NCBI RefSeq assembly: GCF_963506605.1
Contig: NC_083282.1
Span: 21,700,001-21,764,000 of the forward strand
Reading direction: 5' to 3'
Source of the DNA: Zootoca vivipara
Lineage: Eukaryota
Length of the DNA stretch: 64,000 nucleotides
The position numbers and the translations under genes were made by a program. The notes below the pieces were generated by a model. That model made no database searches. It was not told where the DNA came from and was given only the letters and a program-made list of their open reading frames with translations. This document shows positions 10,491 to 24,040 of this stretch, in pieces; positions within the stretch are counted from its first letter, which is position 1; each line of letters opens with the position of its first letter.

Positions 10491-13389
10491 CAGGTTAGCC
10501 AATCCTGTAGCTGTTATAGCCTGCAAACATTTTATATAGGGAAATCACAGGTTCATAGACAGATTTTCCTTTCCTCGGTCACTAAAATGGAAGATGTATC
10601 TCTACAAAGACAATAGGGTTTGTATTTGTGGTATCCCCTCTACTGAAGTTCAATAGGGGAAGTACAATCAAGCAGCTTCATACTATGCATGGGGACAGTC
10701 CTTGTAATTTGGATTGGATGTGATCCTCCATTCAGCCTACATGGTCCAGTCAACTCATATGCCACGGCGGTTTTCTGTGCTGGAGATGTAACACAGAAGG
10801 GTGGCCACGGGGACCAATTGGGTCTTATTGATAGCATTTTTGGAACTCTGCTGGCTTGCTAGCCACTTCAGATGGTAGGAAGGCTGGAGACTGGGAATTC
10901 TCCAAAATAGTTGTTTTTCTCTGAAAGCTTCTGCCATTTCCCCAGGGGTGCCGCAAACGGAGCCAGCATTTGTACATGGGCTTTGAGATCTCCAGATGAA
11001 ATGGATTCCTCAATTGTTTGGCTTTGGAACAGTCAGAAAGCATCCCACCGCTGGCTCCTTCTTTAAGAGAGTTGGGGGGGGGGGTTGTGCTCAGTGGCAT
11101 TCTGTCCAGCCATCTGCTTCTCTGAGAACACCTCTGAGAATTTTGGTCGTGAACAAAAGTAACACAGACATCTAGGCTGTCACCGAGAGCTTTTTATGTG
11201 TGAGACAAAGAAAAACCAATCTAGGGGACTTGAGAAACGAGAATTTGAATTTAAGCATCTGTACTGGGAAGGAAAGGCAGAAAACAATGTCCTGGGGCTC
11301 CTTTCACACTGCAGAGGATTGGATTGTTTCCCAGTTCTATTGTTTTAAAAATAATATTTGAAACCAGTGGGAAGGAAATAGCCTTGATGGCAAAGGAATG
11401 GATGTCTTCACCCACCCTCCAGAAGCCTGAGAAGGTGGAAGATGAACAGTTAAATCTTACATGTTTTGACCTGTAGATAGACAAGGCCAGGCGGCATGTC
11501 GTCCCGGAGAATGGCTTGTTTTTATTTCAGGGAAATAAACCATAATCTGCTAAGAAAGAAAATGCCAGAGGATAGCCTATAGGACTTGTTTTGACATTTC
11601 AGATCCCTTGCACTAACAGGAGAGCTTCTGATCTGAAGGTTGAAAGAAGAAGACCTTTATGGAGGCTTTTACCTATAACGTCTCCTTTACGCAGCAGCAC
11701 GGCTGGGTCCACTAAAGCAAGTCAAAACCAAAGCTGACTTTTGGAAATGGTTAGTTTACAGGGCCACCAAATCAAATAAATAAAAAAGGCCTGGCTAATG
11801 GAGCAAACCGTCTAGCTTGTCAATTGTGCAAATTGACTACTGGGACAAAACTGATAAAACCCCTACTTGGGCTGAGATGATGAGTACTGAGCAATGAGGT
11901 TTAAAGGAGAGATGGATGAACACACGCTTCCATAAATTCTTACTCCATATGTTTTCTCAGTTGTAGCTTAATGGTTGTTCAGAGTTAGCAATGTGATGTG
12001 CATTAACTCCTTAAAGCCAACCTAATAATCATCATTGAGCTTCACACCCGACTCCTTTATTCAGAGACTGCATGCTTCATACGGGTCCCGAACCATCAAG
12101 TGAAGAAATGTAGAATTTACCATAGTTTTAAAGGCACATTTTAATTTCTATAAATTACTTACTAAAGTAGGACAGGTATGTGAATACTTTACAAATGGCA
12201 TGAGAGAAAATACTTGCATGTGCTTGTGGTTATTCCTGGAGGAGGGGGTCATGGTTTTCTTAAGAATTCCCTTTTCTTTACCATGTCCAATACTTACTTT
12301 CTTTCTATCCATTCCATTTTCCACTGTAGATATGACATGAATTTATTCTCCAGTAAGCTCAGTATCTTGCAGCAGACTTATCTGTGCGCAACCCTTTCCT
12401 GTACTCACAACATGTCGTCTTTGCGTACAAGATCTTTAGGTATATAGTGGAGCTGAAAAGGTCCCCCTCTCCTGGTATGCAAGCTCTGGGAGCTTGTGGG
12501 GAAGATAAGCTAGAGGCAAAGAAATTCAGTAGGTTTCACAGGGAACACTCAGCATCCCATCAGTATTTCATCCCTGTCTCAGGTATTGAGCAAAGAGAAC
12601 AGACTGAGTTTACTTTTTATCTGCACCTTTGAATTGAACTGTCTTCTCTTTCCATACCACATCCAGAATGACAGAAGCAGAAAATTGTACCAGAGAACTG
12701 GCGACGTCTGAAGATATGTAGTATTTTTATATCACTTACGACATGTGGTTGTCTATACAGGGCTGAAGAGTCCTTTTGTCTTGGATGAAGAAAAAGGAAA
12801 GTGGGGGGTGTTTCAGAAAATCAAATATTTCTAGTAGGTGACATCCATTTTGTAGCTGTTAACATGAAAGATCCCATTAGACCTCATCTAATTTGAACAT
12901 GTTTAAACCGGCACATTTAACTCAACTTTGCTAATGACTCTGTCTTTAATGTGTTTCCCTGAACCTGAACAAATTACGTGATACATTTAAAATGCAAATA
13001 TGCCTACTTAAGAATTAGGGCTATGATCCACAAATCACTAACTTTCTAAAAGCCCAGTTCTAACCACATTTATACAAAGGTCCCACTGTGTTTACTCCTG
13101 GGTAAGTTTGCAAGTGATTGTAGCCTAATCATCTTTATTGTGGTCAGTGGGGCTACTCCAGAGTAAGTGATATGAAATTCCAAGCTGTGGCAGGCTGATC
13201 TTATGCATGTATGCTTAGATTAATTTCAATACCGGTATGCTCAATGGAGCTTACCAACAAATGTGTGCACAGGATCACACTATTATGGTATACTGTGAAA
13301 AAACAAGCAAAACTTTCAAAATCTTTGTGGACCCTACAGATACTCATACTTTTAGTTATCATACTTCTTTACAATGTTCTAGATATTTA

Positions 13390-13583
13390 CAGTGGTACCT
13401 CAGGTTAAGTACTTACCTGTAATTGGTTCTGGAAGTCCGTACTTAACCTGAAGCGTACTTAACCTGAAGTGAACTTTCCCGTTGAAAGTAATGGAAAGTG
13501 GATTAATCCGTTCCAGACGGGTCCGCAGAATACTTAACTTGAAAGTACTCAACCTGAAGCATACTTAACCTGAGGTATGACTG
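13390..13583. mobile_element. Tigger/pogo-like MITE
   Basis: TA|CAGTGGTACCTCAGGTTAAGTA ... TACTTAACCTGAGGTATGACTG|TA, with internal TACTTAACCTGAAG repeats. Confidence 0.85.
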
Positions 13584-14292
13584 TACTCTATTTCTTAAAT
13601 ACCTTGATGTTGGCCGAGATACAGGCTACATTGTGTAAAATCTGTTATTGTTTCAGATAATATGTTATGAAGTACTATAGAGTTTCTACTTATGCTTAGG
13701 ATAGCTTTTAATGCATAAATGGACTATGATCCACAATCCAGTTAAACCACAGTATTTTGTAAGGCACATTATATGTGTAGACTGGGCTAAACATGAAAAC
13801 TTGCCATTATATCGTACATAATGGCACAACTACTTTCACTGTCATCAGGAGGACATCATATGATGTCAATGTCATACGCCAATGACATAAAAACAAATTA
13901 TATTCCATCTTCATCACTGCACAACCTGTTGCATGGAGGCAAAGTGGTGGGCTCTCGTCATCTCTGTTGTCCATGCTGGTTGAGACTGGTGGGAACTGCT
14001 GAGACTGGTGGGAGCTCCAATCCAATGACTTTTGTAGAGCACCTCATAGGCAACTCCTGTATTATGGGGTGATTATATCTTCTGAAGCTTTCTTCTCCAA
14101 AGACCGTCTCACTTTACGATTTACACTTGGTTATGGACAGTGCTTTGTTTCTAGAATGAAAGATACACTGGGCGGTTACCCTGGGCACAAAATTTCCTCA
14201 CGGCCAGGTGGTCCTTGGGGTATGCTGGATCTGAGTTGTTAAGGCCTTGTAAAGGAAACTTAGGGCTAACTACTTCTGAAGAAGATGCACTT

Positions 14293-15638
14293 GTGTGGCA
14301 ATGTCCCTCCTTCCCGTCTAATAAAGACACAAGACGCGGTAAATGAGTTTAATTGGGTGGTTAAGGCCACAACTTTATTGATTACGAACGTTGATCGGAA
14401 TTGGCTTAGGCGTTGGAACCTATCAGACTATATCTGACTCCAACCCGTGTGTTGGAGCCCGTGAGAAGTTAACCACTAGTAAGGAGCCCAGTGATGTACA
14501 TCTACCGGAACTCCTCCTGTAGCCACCGAAGCGGCGTGCCCTACGGCCCTGGCATCTCCAGGCTCAGGACCAAGCCCCACCCCCGGAATCCTTTAATGGA
14601 ATTACTTCTCCAAATTTGGGCAGTTCCTGACGTAACCTGCCCCTCCCTGTCTAATTGTTATGCAAATTTCCAACGCCTAACCACCACTCGAGCCTTATCC
14701 CTTCCACTGTTAGTATACATCAAAGAACTATGGTTGTGATCTGCTGATAGGAACGATGTGTGACTGTACAGACTCAAAGCTGATTCAAGTGGGAGAGGAG
14801 GCTGTTAAGGAATTAGTTAATTTTCCATAAGTTAGTGCAAAAGATTTCCCCCCAGGATGCAGCTGCAGAGTACTCCTGACTGTCTTATCCCTGTTGTTGT
14901 GCTGACTGGCCTATATCAGAGGCTCCAATTACAGCATTCTGGTTGTGGAGAGTAGTGGGAACATGTGGAGAAGGATTGTTGGAGAACTGGGAAGACTGAA
15001 GTTGTAGGACTTTGGCAACTATGGACTTGCTGGGAACTTTAAGCAAGGACTCTGATAGCTGAAAACCCTCTCTGGGCTCAGAGAGAGAAGCATTCTTGAA
15101 GCAACTGTATATAGTGTGTGTATGGTGTGTGTTGTGGAGTGGGTATTCAGTGATTTCAGCCCGGTGCAGATAAGAAGCTGGAGGCGAGGATCTGGTACAA
15201 CATCTCTTTACTTCAAAGAACAGGTAAGAGCCAGAACACAGGAATGGGGAAAACTGGGGCTTATATAATAACAGAGGACTAGCAGGGAAAAGATACATTT
15301 TCTAGCAGGGAAAAGATACATTTTGGCGGGACCAATGGCACGGATTCCCTCCTGCGGAAACCAATCCGGCAGAGGTTCCAAATCCTGCACCCTGAACCAG
15401 CAAATGATAGACGTTCCCGCTGGAACTTGTACATTCAAATAAACTCTGTAATACAATACAATAAACTCTATATTACAATACATACTTGGCTGTGCTATTA
15501 CTTTAATACACAACAGTGTGTTTCATGTCTACTGAGTAAAACTCTGCTACACTTTGTCTCCTGTGGGAAGTTTAATAACTTTGCTGAACTCCTGACTGCG
15601 CAGTCACCCAGCAGGTTATTGGGAACAAACATCCAACA
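14293..15638. mobile_element. Probable LTR-like remnants (two juxtaposed; boundaries uncertain)
   Basis: A CpG-richer segment at 14293-14707 carries a reverse poly(A) signal. Segment ~14708-15638 has TGTTAG...CCAACA termini, TATA and twin AATAAA motifs. No TSD found. Confidence 0.4.
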
Positions 15639-17714
15639 GAGACATTGTGCATATACTCTTGAATCCTTGGAAATTTGCAGGTGTTCACATTTCGCAGAGC
15701 CCAGATATTCTGAATATTTCTTTGCCCATTTCTTATTTAGTCATCTAACAGAGAACTGAAGTCTCCAAAGGCTAGAGGAAAGCTGTTTTGAAATGAGTGA
15801 ACAGTGAAACAAGTTTTTTTGAGCTGTGTTCTATTTCCAAGGATATGAGGGACTGTCCTTATTGTGGAGCCTCTGTTGGAATGCTACCAGACTTTGTTGG
15901 CCTTGTTGACATGCTTAAGTTTCTGATCAGATTAAGGCTGCATTTGAATTTTGAGTTTATTGTGTTAGTTTTACTTGTTATAATGCAAGTGCTTCTGTCC
16001 CAATTTCTAATGTTTATTTTACACCGTATTACCTGCTGTGTTATGGAACTGTGGATTTTTGATCAATATATTTCCATGCTGCCCTAGATTTCATTCACAC
16101 CAGTAGACAAGGTGTGACACAAAAAACAAACAGCCTTGGATGTGTTGCTGTTCCCCAACCCATTCTGGGCATGCATATTTCTGTTCCCTTGTGATTCACT
16201 ATGCAGTATGCCAAAATATCACCCAATTTCTTTGTTGCGTGAGCAAAATGTTATGGGTTTCCAGGGCTGCAAATGGACTCCTCCCGCTCCCTGTAAGCAA
16301 CATGGGAATTAGCACTAAACTTCCACTCAGGTTCCAGCTGTGGATTTTATGTTGTGCGGGAGATCAAATAAAATGTGGAAATAAAGAGATAAGGAAAAGT
16401 CGGAAAGCTGGATATAGCGCACTCTGAACACGGCATAGTAACCATGTGACCCCCCCAAGATATTTGTGCAGGCTGTAGGGGTAGCAAGAAGGGTTTAAAA
16501 ATATGTAACCAGAGGATGAGACATACACATATGTGTCAAGTACACTGAAGGCCTGCCTGCATGAATATTATGATTGGGAGTAAGAGAAAGGTAGTTAGTT
16601 AATTATATTTGTATGGGCTGTGGATTTGTATCTGTCTTTACTTTTTTGGCCTTTCTGGTCCATCCTGTTTTATTAATATACAAAGGAATATATTTTTATA
16701 ATAAAAAAGGCTGAAGCTAAGGCAGAACGACCCCTGTTATTATTTCTCAAAGCAAGGCACTGCCACGGAGCCAGCCTGTTTGAGGGACGGTCTTGTCCCC
16801 GGGAAATTTGAGGCTTGAAGCATCACTACTGCTTTCCATGTTTTATCTTCCAATAGGAAGTCTCTGATCTCTGGCACATGCAGTCTTGGAGTTACATTAT
16901 TGTGGTGTGGGGTCTAACAGAGGCACAACGTAAATGGACCCTGTGAGCCCTTATGGTTGCAAATATACTTATGCAGCAAGGCTGAAAGGAAAAATACCCA
17001 ACTTCTACTCCTCAGTGCTCTGAATTTCTCCTTGCCCTTTCTACATCAATCTCATCTGGATACCTGTTCAGACATATGGGCTGCCTATATTAATTTATAC
17101 AGTATGTTTAAATCAGGACCAAAGGAGTGTTTTTTTTATCCTTCATGTCAGCTGATGTTCCTGTCTTTTGTTTTACTGCTATATTTGCAAAAACAAAATG
17201 TAAGTGAAAATGGAGAAGACGTCGTGTGCAATAATAATTTCCCATTCCTAACTTGTCTTTCTGGAAGTAAACCCCACTAATGTGAATGCTGTATCTATTC
17301 ACACACTGAGAGTCAAAATCAACGGAAAAGTTAGGGGGAAGGTAGTTCTTGAAGTAGGCAAAGGGGGCATAGCTGCCAAGTTTTCCCTTTTCTCGCGACG
17401 AAGCCTATTCAGCATAATAGAAAATCCCTTAAAAAAGGATAACTTGGCAGCTATGAAAGGGGGTGGGGGGTGGGAGAGGCCCAGTGTATGATAGGGTTTC
17501 TTTCTCCTTCAGGTCAAAGTCAGACAATTTATGGAGTCTCTCCCCGTGCAAATAATCATTATTAACAAAGAGATGCATATAAATATGCCCAGAGATGAAA
17601 CTCCAAGGTGAAGGGATCCTAAATAATTTCCTTCTGAAATTGTGCTTTAACTCGTGCTTCAAAGCCCAATATAGGGAAATAAAGACAAATCCCGCTCTTT
17701 TTTCTTTTTGTGTG

Positions 17715-18500
17715 TGTGCGCGCGTCCCATTTCTCTCACCATCTCCCCCCCCCCCCGTTTGCCTTCTGAGGGCAAGAAATACATATACACAAGAGCCGTC
17801 AGCCGCGCGGACTGCGCATGTCCGAGGCCTCTCGCGCATGCCCACTGAGAACAAAGGAGTTCCGCGGGTCTGATGGGGAGAGTGGAGCCTCCTAGATAGA
17901 GCGCTCGGCAACCTTCGGCGGTTTCCGTTGGGGCCCGGCCGCCATTTTCTCGCTCCCCTCTCTCTTTCTCGCTGCTCGCTACCTGCGCGGCTCCTTGCCC
18001 TGGTCGCCAGCGCTTTGTCCTGTTCGGCGATGGACGGGTGAGTGAGGGAAGGAGTGAGGGACGGACGCCGCCACTGCCGCCGCCACCGGGTGGAAGAGAG
18101 GGAGGAGAGAGTTGCCGCCGCCGCCTCTCCCGCCTCCCTTCTCCCCCTTTTCCGAGGGGGGCAGGCTGCGCATCCCTTATGTGTCAGGGGCGCTTCCCGA
18201 GCTCCTTCCTTCCCGCCTGCCGGGCTCGGGGCGTGAGGAAAGCCTGGGGGTCCCGGGAGGAGGGGAGAAGAGGGGCGTGTGTGTGTGTGTTTTCCTCTCC
18301 CCGGGGGGAGATGCCTGGCGAGGCGGTTGTCACTGCCCCGGGTAAGGGGCGGTGGTTGGGGGGCCGGTCTTGACTTTTGACAGAGGCCTGGGCCTCTGGA
18401 AGGAGGCATCCCCGCTGGGATGCTGGGCTAGACAAGGCCCCTGTTTGCCCTATTACATCCCCGCGACCCGTGGCATCCCCGCGTTCACACATTACTGGCC
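17715..18500. promoter_or_regulatory. CpG-island promoter of PTBP2 with NRF1-like and YY1 motifs
   Basis: GC and CpG content rise sharply around exon 1. NRF1-like TGCGCATGTCCG (17813) and CGCGCATGCCCA (17833). YY1 consensus CCGCCATTTT (17939-17948). No evident TATA box. Confidence 0.85.
18030..18037 (+). CDS. PTBP2: PTBP2 exon 1 coding part (ATG GAC GG)
   Basis: GGCGATGG Kozak context followed by donor GG|gtgagt. Encodes M-D-G, phase 2. Confidence 0.95.
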
Positions 18501-19575
18501 CCTTTGCCCATGGGGAACGCCCTTTTCTTCCCTTCCCTTGTCCCGTCGCTCCCGAGCTCACCCCTCCCCATTGTTTTATTTGGGTTAGGGTGACAGAGGA
18601 GGAGGAGCAACAGCGATGCCCCCCATTTGGGGCAAAGGAAGCAGAGGAAGGAGGCTCTTTTGTTTCCATTGGGGCCTTGTGTGTGTGCGCATACCACCTC
18701 TTTTCTCCCAACCTCCCAAGGTGGAAAAAAAGATGCCTTTGTGTTTGCTGGAGACAAGGCAGACCAAGCCGAAGGAAAGGAAGGCAGGGATTGCAGGCGT
18801 CAACCATATGGAAACAAGGCAAAGGGCCTCCCTCCATTGGTAGTGAGGAGCTTGGGTGGGCAGCCTGTGGACGTATCGCAGGCAAGGCCCTCTTTTTATT
18901 GGAAGCTGGGAAGTCTGGCTCCTCAGTGACAGCGTAAATAGAGGGCTGATTTATTTATTTTACTGCCTTCGTCAGACCTGAATCTGCTTTTGAAATGAAG
19001 CCGGCCAGCTCTTGTGCACATGATAAAATGGTTGCACTGGCTTTTTATTTATATACATACATATACACACACACATTATATATATATATGAGAGAAATAA
19101 GATAACTGCATGATGGTTGGCGATCATAACAGGAGCATGATGAGCCCTGCTAAAACTTGGGAAAGTTAGTCAACTTCCGTGGGCAGCGGGCAAGATTATT
19201 ATACTGTATGCACAAGTTGTATTCTCTTGAACAGCTATTTGCTACATCCACATTCAGTGTCGGGATCTAGTTCTAGGCTTTATGAAGTTTATTGCCCTGC
19301 CTTGCTAAAATCTGTTTGCTGAATTGCCTGTGCAACTCTTTGTTGACATTAAGGACATAAGAAGAGTCCTGTTGGATTAGGCCAAAGGCCTATCTAGTCC
19401 AGCATCATTTTCTCACATTGGCCAACCAGATGCCTGCAACATGAGGGTAGTACTCCTATTTCACTCTTGTTCCCCAGCAACTAGTATTCAGAGGTGTGCT
19501 GTCTAAAATGCTGGAGGTAGCATATAGCCATTATGTAGCCATGATAGCCTTTTTTCTCCATTAACTTTCCTTATA

Positions 19576-19809
19576 CAGTCATACCTTGACATCCGAACGC
19601 TTCGACTTCCGAAGGTTTCGACTTCCGAAGTCGACAACCCCGGAAGTCTTTTCGCTGTGCGCAGTCTGCGCCTGCGCGGGGTCAGCACATGCGCAGAAGC
19701 ACGAAATCGCGCTTCACGCATACGCACAAGCGGCGCTTTGTCATCCGAAAACCTCAACTTATGAAGATGGCCGCGGAATGGATCGTCTTCATAAGTCGAG
19801 GTACCACTG
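19576..19809. mobile_element. Tigger/pogo-like MITE (CpG-rich family)
   Basis: TA|CAGTCATACCTTGAC ... GTCGAGGTACCACTG|TA; paralogous to 23791-24040. Confidence 0.85.
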
Positions 19810-19877
19810 TACCTTTCTGAAGTAATCATCACATTTCATAGTAGCATAGTGTTAACTACGTACTGTGTAAAGAAGTA

Positions 19878-20115
19878 CAGTGGTACCTTGGTTCTCGAAT
19901 GGCTTAGTTGTTGAATAAATCAGCTCTCGAACGCTGCAAACCCAGAAGTGTTAAGTTTTGCAGACATTTTTCGGAAGCCGAACGTCCAACACGGCTTCCA
20001 ATTGAGTGCAGGAAGCTCCTGCAGCCAATCAGAAGCCGTGCCTTGGTTTTCGAACAGTTTTGGGAGTTGAATGGACTCCCGGAACGAAATAAGTTTGAGA
20101 ACCAAGGTACCACTG
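19878..20115. mobile_element. Tigger/pogo-like MITE
   Basis: TA|CAGTGGTACCTTGGTTCTC ... GAGAACCAAGGTACCACTG|TA, perfect 19-bp TIR. Confidence 0.88.
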
Positions 20116-20560
20116 TACTTCCTTTTGTTTATCCTGATTTCCCCACCATTCAGCTTCAGTGACTTCCGACTCTAGTTTTGAGACATGGAAAATAACTTCC
20201 TCTACATCTAGTTTTACAGTATAAGCCTGGTCTGTTGTGCTTGATTAGATCTGGCTAGGATTTGCTCTCTTGTATGTGGTTTTAGAGTTGTAAAGAAAAC
20301 ATGAACAAAAGTTATTTTTTATCCTCTTTGGCTCCCATTATCACCAATCCCAAGTTTGGTTGTATGTGTGGCACCAAGGTAGTTCTTGCCACCTTGTTAC
20401 TTCAGTATGTCATGAGAAAGTCTAAATTATTACAAATAAGCATTTTAATGCCAATATATTTAAAAAATATTGAATGTTTGGTTTCAAAGAGAATGCCTTT
20501 CTTATTAGAAAAGAGAAATAAAAGTGAATTTCCTATTTTAAACTTTCTTTTCTTTTTCAG

Positions 20561-20591
20561 CATTGTCACTGATGTTGCAGTTGGTGTGAAG
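20561..20591 (+). CDS. PTBP2: PTBP2 exon 2 (IVTDVAVGVK)
   Basis: Acceptor ttcttttctttttcag, donor AAG|gtaggt, 31 nt. Confidence 0.96.
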
Positions 20592-23500
20592 GTAGGTTAT
20601 GAATTTAATAAATAATCCCAAATTTGGTATGAAATGTTAATTTGTAATGTTGACTATTTGTCCCGGTCACTTTTGGTCAGGGGTGCCAGCAGCATTTTCT
20701 GCTTCTGGTACACTGTATGTGGATTGAACCCTCAGCCCTACCCACAAAAGAGGGACCAATCTGCAAATAACTTGAGTGTGTTAATTTATATTTATAGATA
20801 AATTTAGAAATAATTACTGTAACTTAAATAGAAATTGAATATATTTTGCCAGAGTGGGAAAGACTTTAACCAGGTCAGGTGACCTTGTAACCCTATGTGA
20901 ATTTGATTGTTTGGTAAGTATAAGGCCGTGGTGGGAAACTTTTTCTTTCTATAAAGGGTCATTGACTCACCAAAACAAAATCATTCCAGGGGCCATACAG
21001 AAATATACTGCCTGACTGACAGAATGTCAACAGATGAAGCTTTTCCCATAATTGTATTTCCATCCCAGAAAGGGCTTAACCAGTTGAATTTCTGCCTGCC
21101 ATGCAGCTCTTAAGGGCACAAGAACACCGCTGTCCATCCTAAAGTATGCAAAGAATACATGTTTCATGAATCCTAAACTGGCTATATTTTCATAGGTCTT
21201 TTGATCAATTGATCTCAGTTTGGCAACATTCTTTCCAAGGCCAGGCAGGATATTTCAAATGTTGATATCAAAAGAGATTTAAGATTTACAGCAACATAGG
21301 TTCAGTTTCCTGTGCTTGGATGATTCAATATGTGCAGAGCAATCTGTAAGGGTCGGTGGGGGACATAACTGAAAGTGGATGAACTGTGTCTTTCCATGCC
21401 CTGCCACACCCGTGGTTTTTTATTTTTTCTACTAGTTGTGTAATTTGTCCCATATTCCAGGTGTGTGTCTGGGGAATGGAGGAGATGTGGATCCACAGCC
21501 TCTTCTGGAATGCTTTCTTTCTGCACTTTCCAGTGCTCATGCTCTGTCAGAACAGCACTGGCTACGTACCTTTCCCTTGCCTCATACTGGAGGCCTAGGA
21601 AATCACATCTCCCTCTCCAAGGGCAGACCTATCTGCCCTCATAGTGAAAAATCTGATGACTTCCTGGGTCCTCCTGTGGGCTGCGTTGCAGGATTGGTAT
21701 AACCCATGCTCTCACAATAACAGTCCACTGCCCTCTCCTTCAGTATATATGTGTGTGTATATACTAGTGATATATTCGGTATATATGTGTGTGTCTATAC
21801 TAGTGCCTTTGCAGGGTAATTGTTGTCGTCGTTGTTGTTCACCTGTACCATCCTCTTGTCAGGCCTACTGTTATTCTTTTCTCAACAAGTTTTAACAAAT
21901 GAAAAGTGGACGTTAGCCGTCTGAAATACCTTCCTATAGGTAGCAAATGTTTAAGTAACAGTCTTCTGTATCCAACCAGCTTTATGTCTGTGGAAGTAAA
22001 ATATTTCTGTTTTGAATTGAAATACTTTGATATTTTTCTCATCATAGTTCCTACTGTAGGGACTGTGTGTCTTAAGTAGGGACTGTGTGTCTTAAGTGGA
22101 ACTAGAATAGTTTTAAATAGATTTAATGCAGAGTTCATAAAATAGGACTGAAAGGAACTAGATTCTAGCTATATTAGGAACATTGCAAAGGTCCAGGATT
22201 CTAATCAGTCACCCAAACGAATCCATAATGTTCTCAGTTTCTGGACCGCAGACTGGAAGTATATTGTAGATTTATGCACTCATGTCTCCTTTCTTCCTTT
22301 TGTGGTTTGCTTTTACTGTGGTATTACATTACATGTGTGATTCAAATATTGCCAAATTGTGGTTTGACATTACATGCATGAGCAGACACCTCCAAGTCAC
22401 CCTCTTGCTTCCCTTCATGTGTTATGATTTCTTTACTTAATCCTGAGTTCTGGGTTCTCTTGTATGCAAGCTTTGAAGTGGGTTTGCAAACCCTATGAAG
22501 GATTCTGCTTAATGTTAATTATGTATTTGCACCAATGTAACTATAATGTTACATCATAGCAAAAGCAGGCCATGAAATGGAAAGGGGAATTCACATGGAA
22601 GATGGGAACATGCAATCTCAAAGAATTCTCACAGGGATAAAAAAAAAAGCATGCTTGCACTGGACCTGGCAGTAAGAATCTTCAAAATTGTCTAATCTGA
22701 GAACAGATTATACTAGGAGAACAGGTAGTAATAACCTTTAATTTGGGGGTATTTGAGATCCTGGTTTATTTTGGGCAATCTTGATTAAAAACACTACTGC
22801 TCTGAAATTTAGAACTTGTAACATTGTAAGTTCGGATTAACATGGGATAAAGGCCAGGTGCTTTGTACTTATATACCATACTGTATCAGTGCTTGAAAAA
22901 CGGTGGTGGTAAGAGAAAGTATTAAGCAACAATGTACCTCTGAGCATAGATTCAGTCTAGGAATTTGTTTTCAGTATCAGAATTACTTTTGAAATCCTTT
23001 CACATGCAAATCACTCTTATTTTCCCCAACTTCCTTTGTTCTTAAATATTTGATAGCTAGACACCCTTTAGATCCATTGTAAATTATTCATCTACCAGTG
23101 GATCCTGAGATGTCTGCTACCCCATACCTGACTTAAATAAAGCTTGATATGGTACGGTGCTGTGCTTATAAAATGAATATGCCTTTCTGGAATGTGAACA
23201 TATTTGGACCAGTAACAGGAGTAGAATCTCTCATAGCTAAGCAATGCATATATACTTTGAGAATGGAATTGAATTCTGGAAGCACCCATCTTATATTCTT
23301 CAACACAACTGCCTCTAAGAAGAATATAAACTGTCATTCTTCCAGATGGCATTTTGCCTTTTGCAGAGTTGAACTGACAGTTTTGAGGAGATAGTTTAAT
23401 TTGTCAAAAGCATCATTGGTGATATCAGCACAGTTCTGGTCAAAGGACTGTCTGGCTTGCTGCCTTCCTTCTTCAGCAGAATAATCATGTCATTAACTGC

Positions 23501-23790
23501 ACCTCTTAACTGGAAATGACTTAAAATAAAGTAATACATATTAACTAATAACTTATAAGAATACAATGTAGTGGGAAGCAAAACATTTCCTGGCATGCTT
23601 TGTAGCTGACCAGCTGATTGACATCAACAAAACCAATTAATTGAATGGAACTGTGTTGTTAAATGGCTTTTCAGAAAGTGAAAATTGGGCAGTGAGTGCA
23701 GGTTAAAAATCTGCCTGACTGTATGGATTCATTGGACGCACACATCTTTCTGAAATGATCACAGTTTTCTTCCTCAAGGCAAGTCATATA

Positions 23791-24040
23791 CAGTGGTACC
23801 TCGACATCCGAATGACTCGACTTCCAAAGGTTTTGACTTCCGAAGTCGACAAACCCGGAAGTCTTTTCGTCACACGCGCGTTCTGCGCCTGTGCAGAAGT
23901 GGCGCGCGTGGTCGGCACATGTGCAAAAGCGCAAAAATCGCACTTCGTGCATGCACAAAACGGGCACTTCGACAACCAAAGACTTTGACTTACGAAGAGC
24001 GCCGCGGAACGGATTGTCTTCGTAAGTCAAGGTACCACTG
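23791..24040. mobile_element. Tigger/pogo-like MITE (CpG-rich family)
   Basis: TA|CAGTGGTACCTCGAC ... GTCAAGGTACCACTG|TA; internal sequence alignable to 19576-19809. Confidence 0.88.

Larger units (their letters stand above)
19354..20230 (-). mobile_element. Old CR1-type LINE 3' fragment hosting two MITEs
   Basis: ACATAAGAAGAG...GGATTAGGCCAAAGGCCTATCTAGTCCAGCATC tail; collinear with the copy at 25147-25860. Confidence 0.6.

Noticed and set aside
13390-13583. Repeated TACTTAACCTGAAG units resembling a CRISPR-like array
   Set aside because: Spacing is irregular, the units are bounded by TIRs and a TA duplication, and the genome is eukaryotic. They are MITE subterminal repeats.
17429-18937. 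Long overlapping ORFs (326, 233 and 186 aa) around exon 1
   Set aside because: They arise from stop-codon scarcity in the GC-rich CpG island. The translations are low-complexity Pro/Arg/Gly with no recognisable domain.
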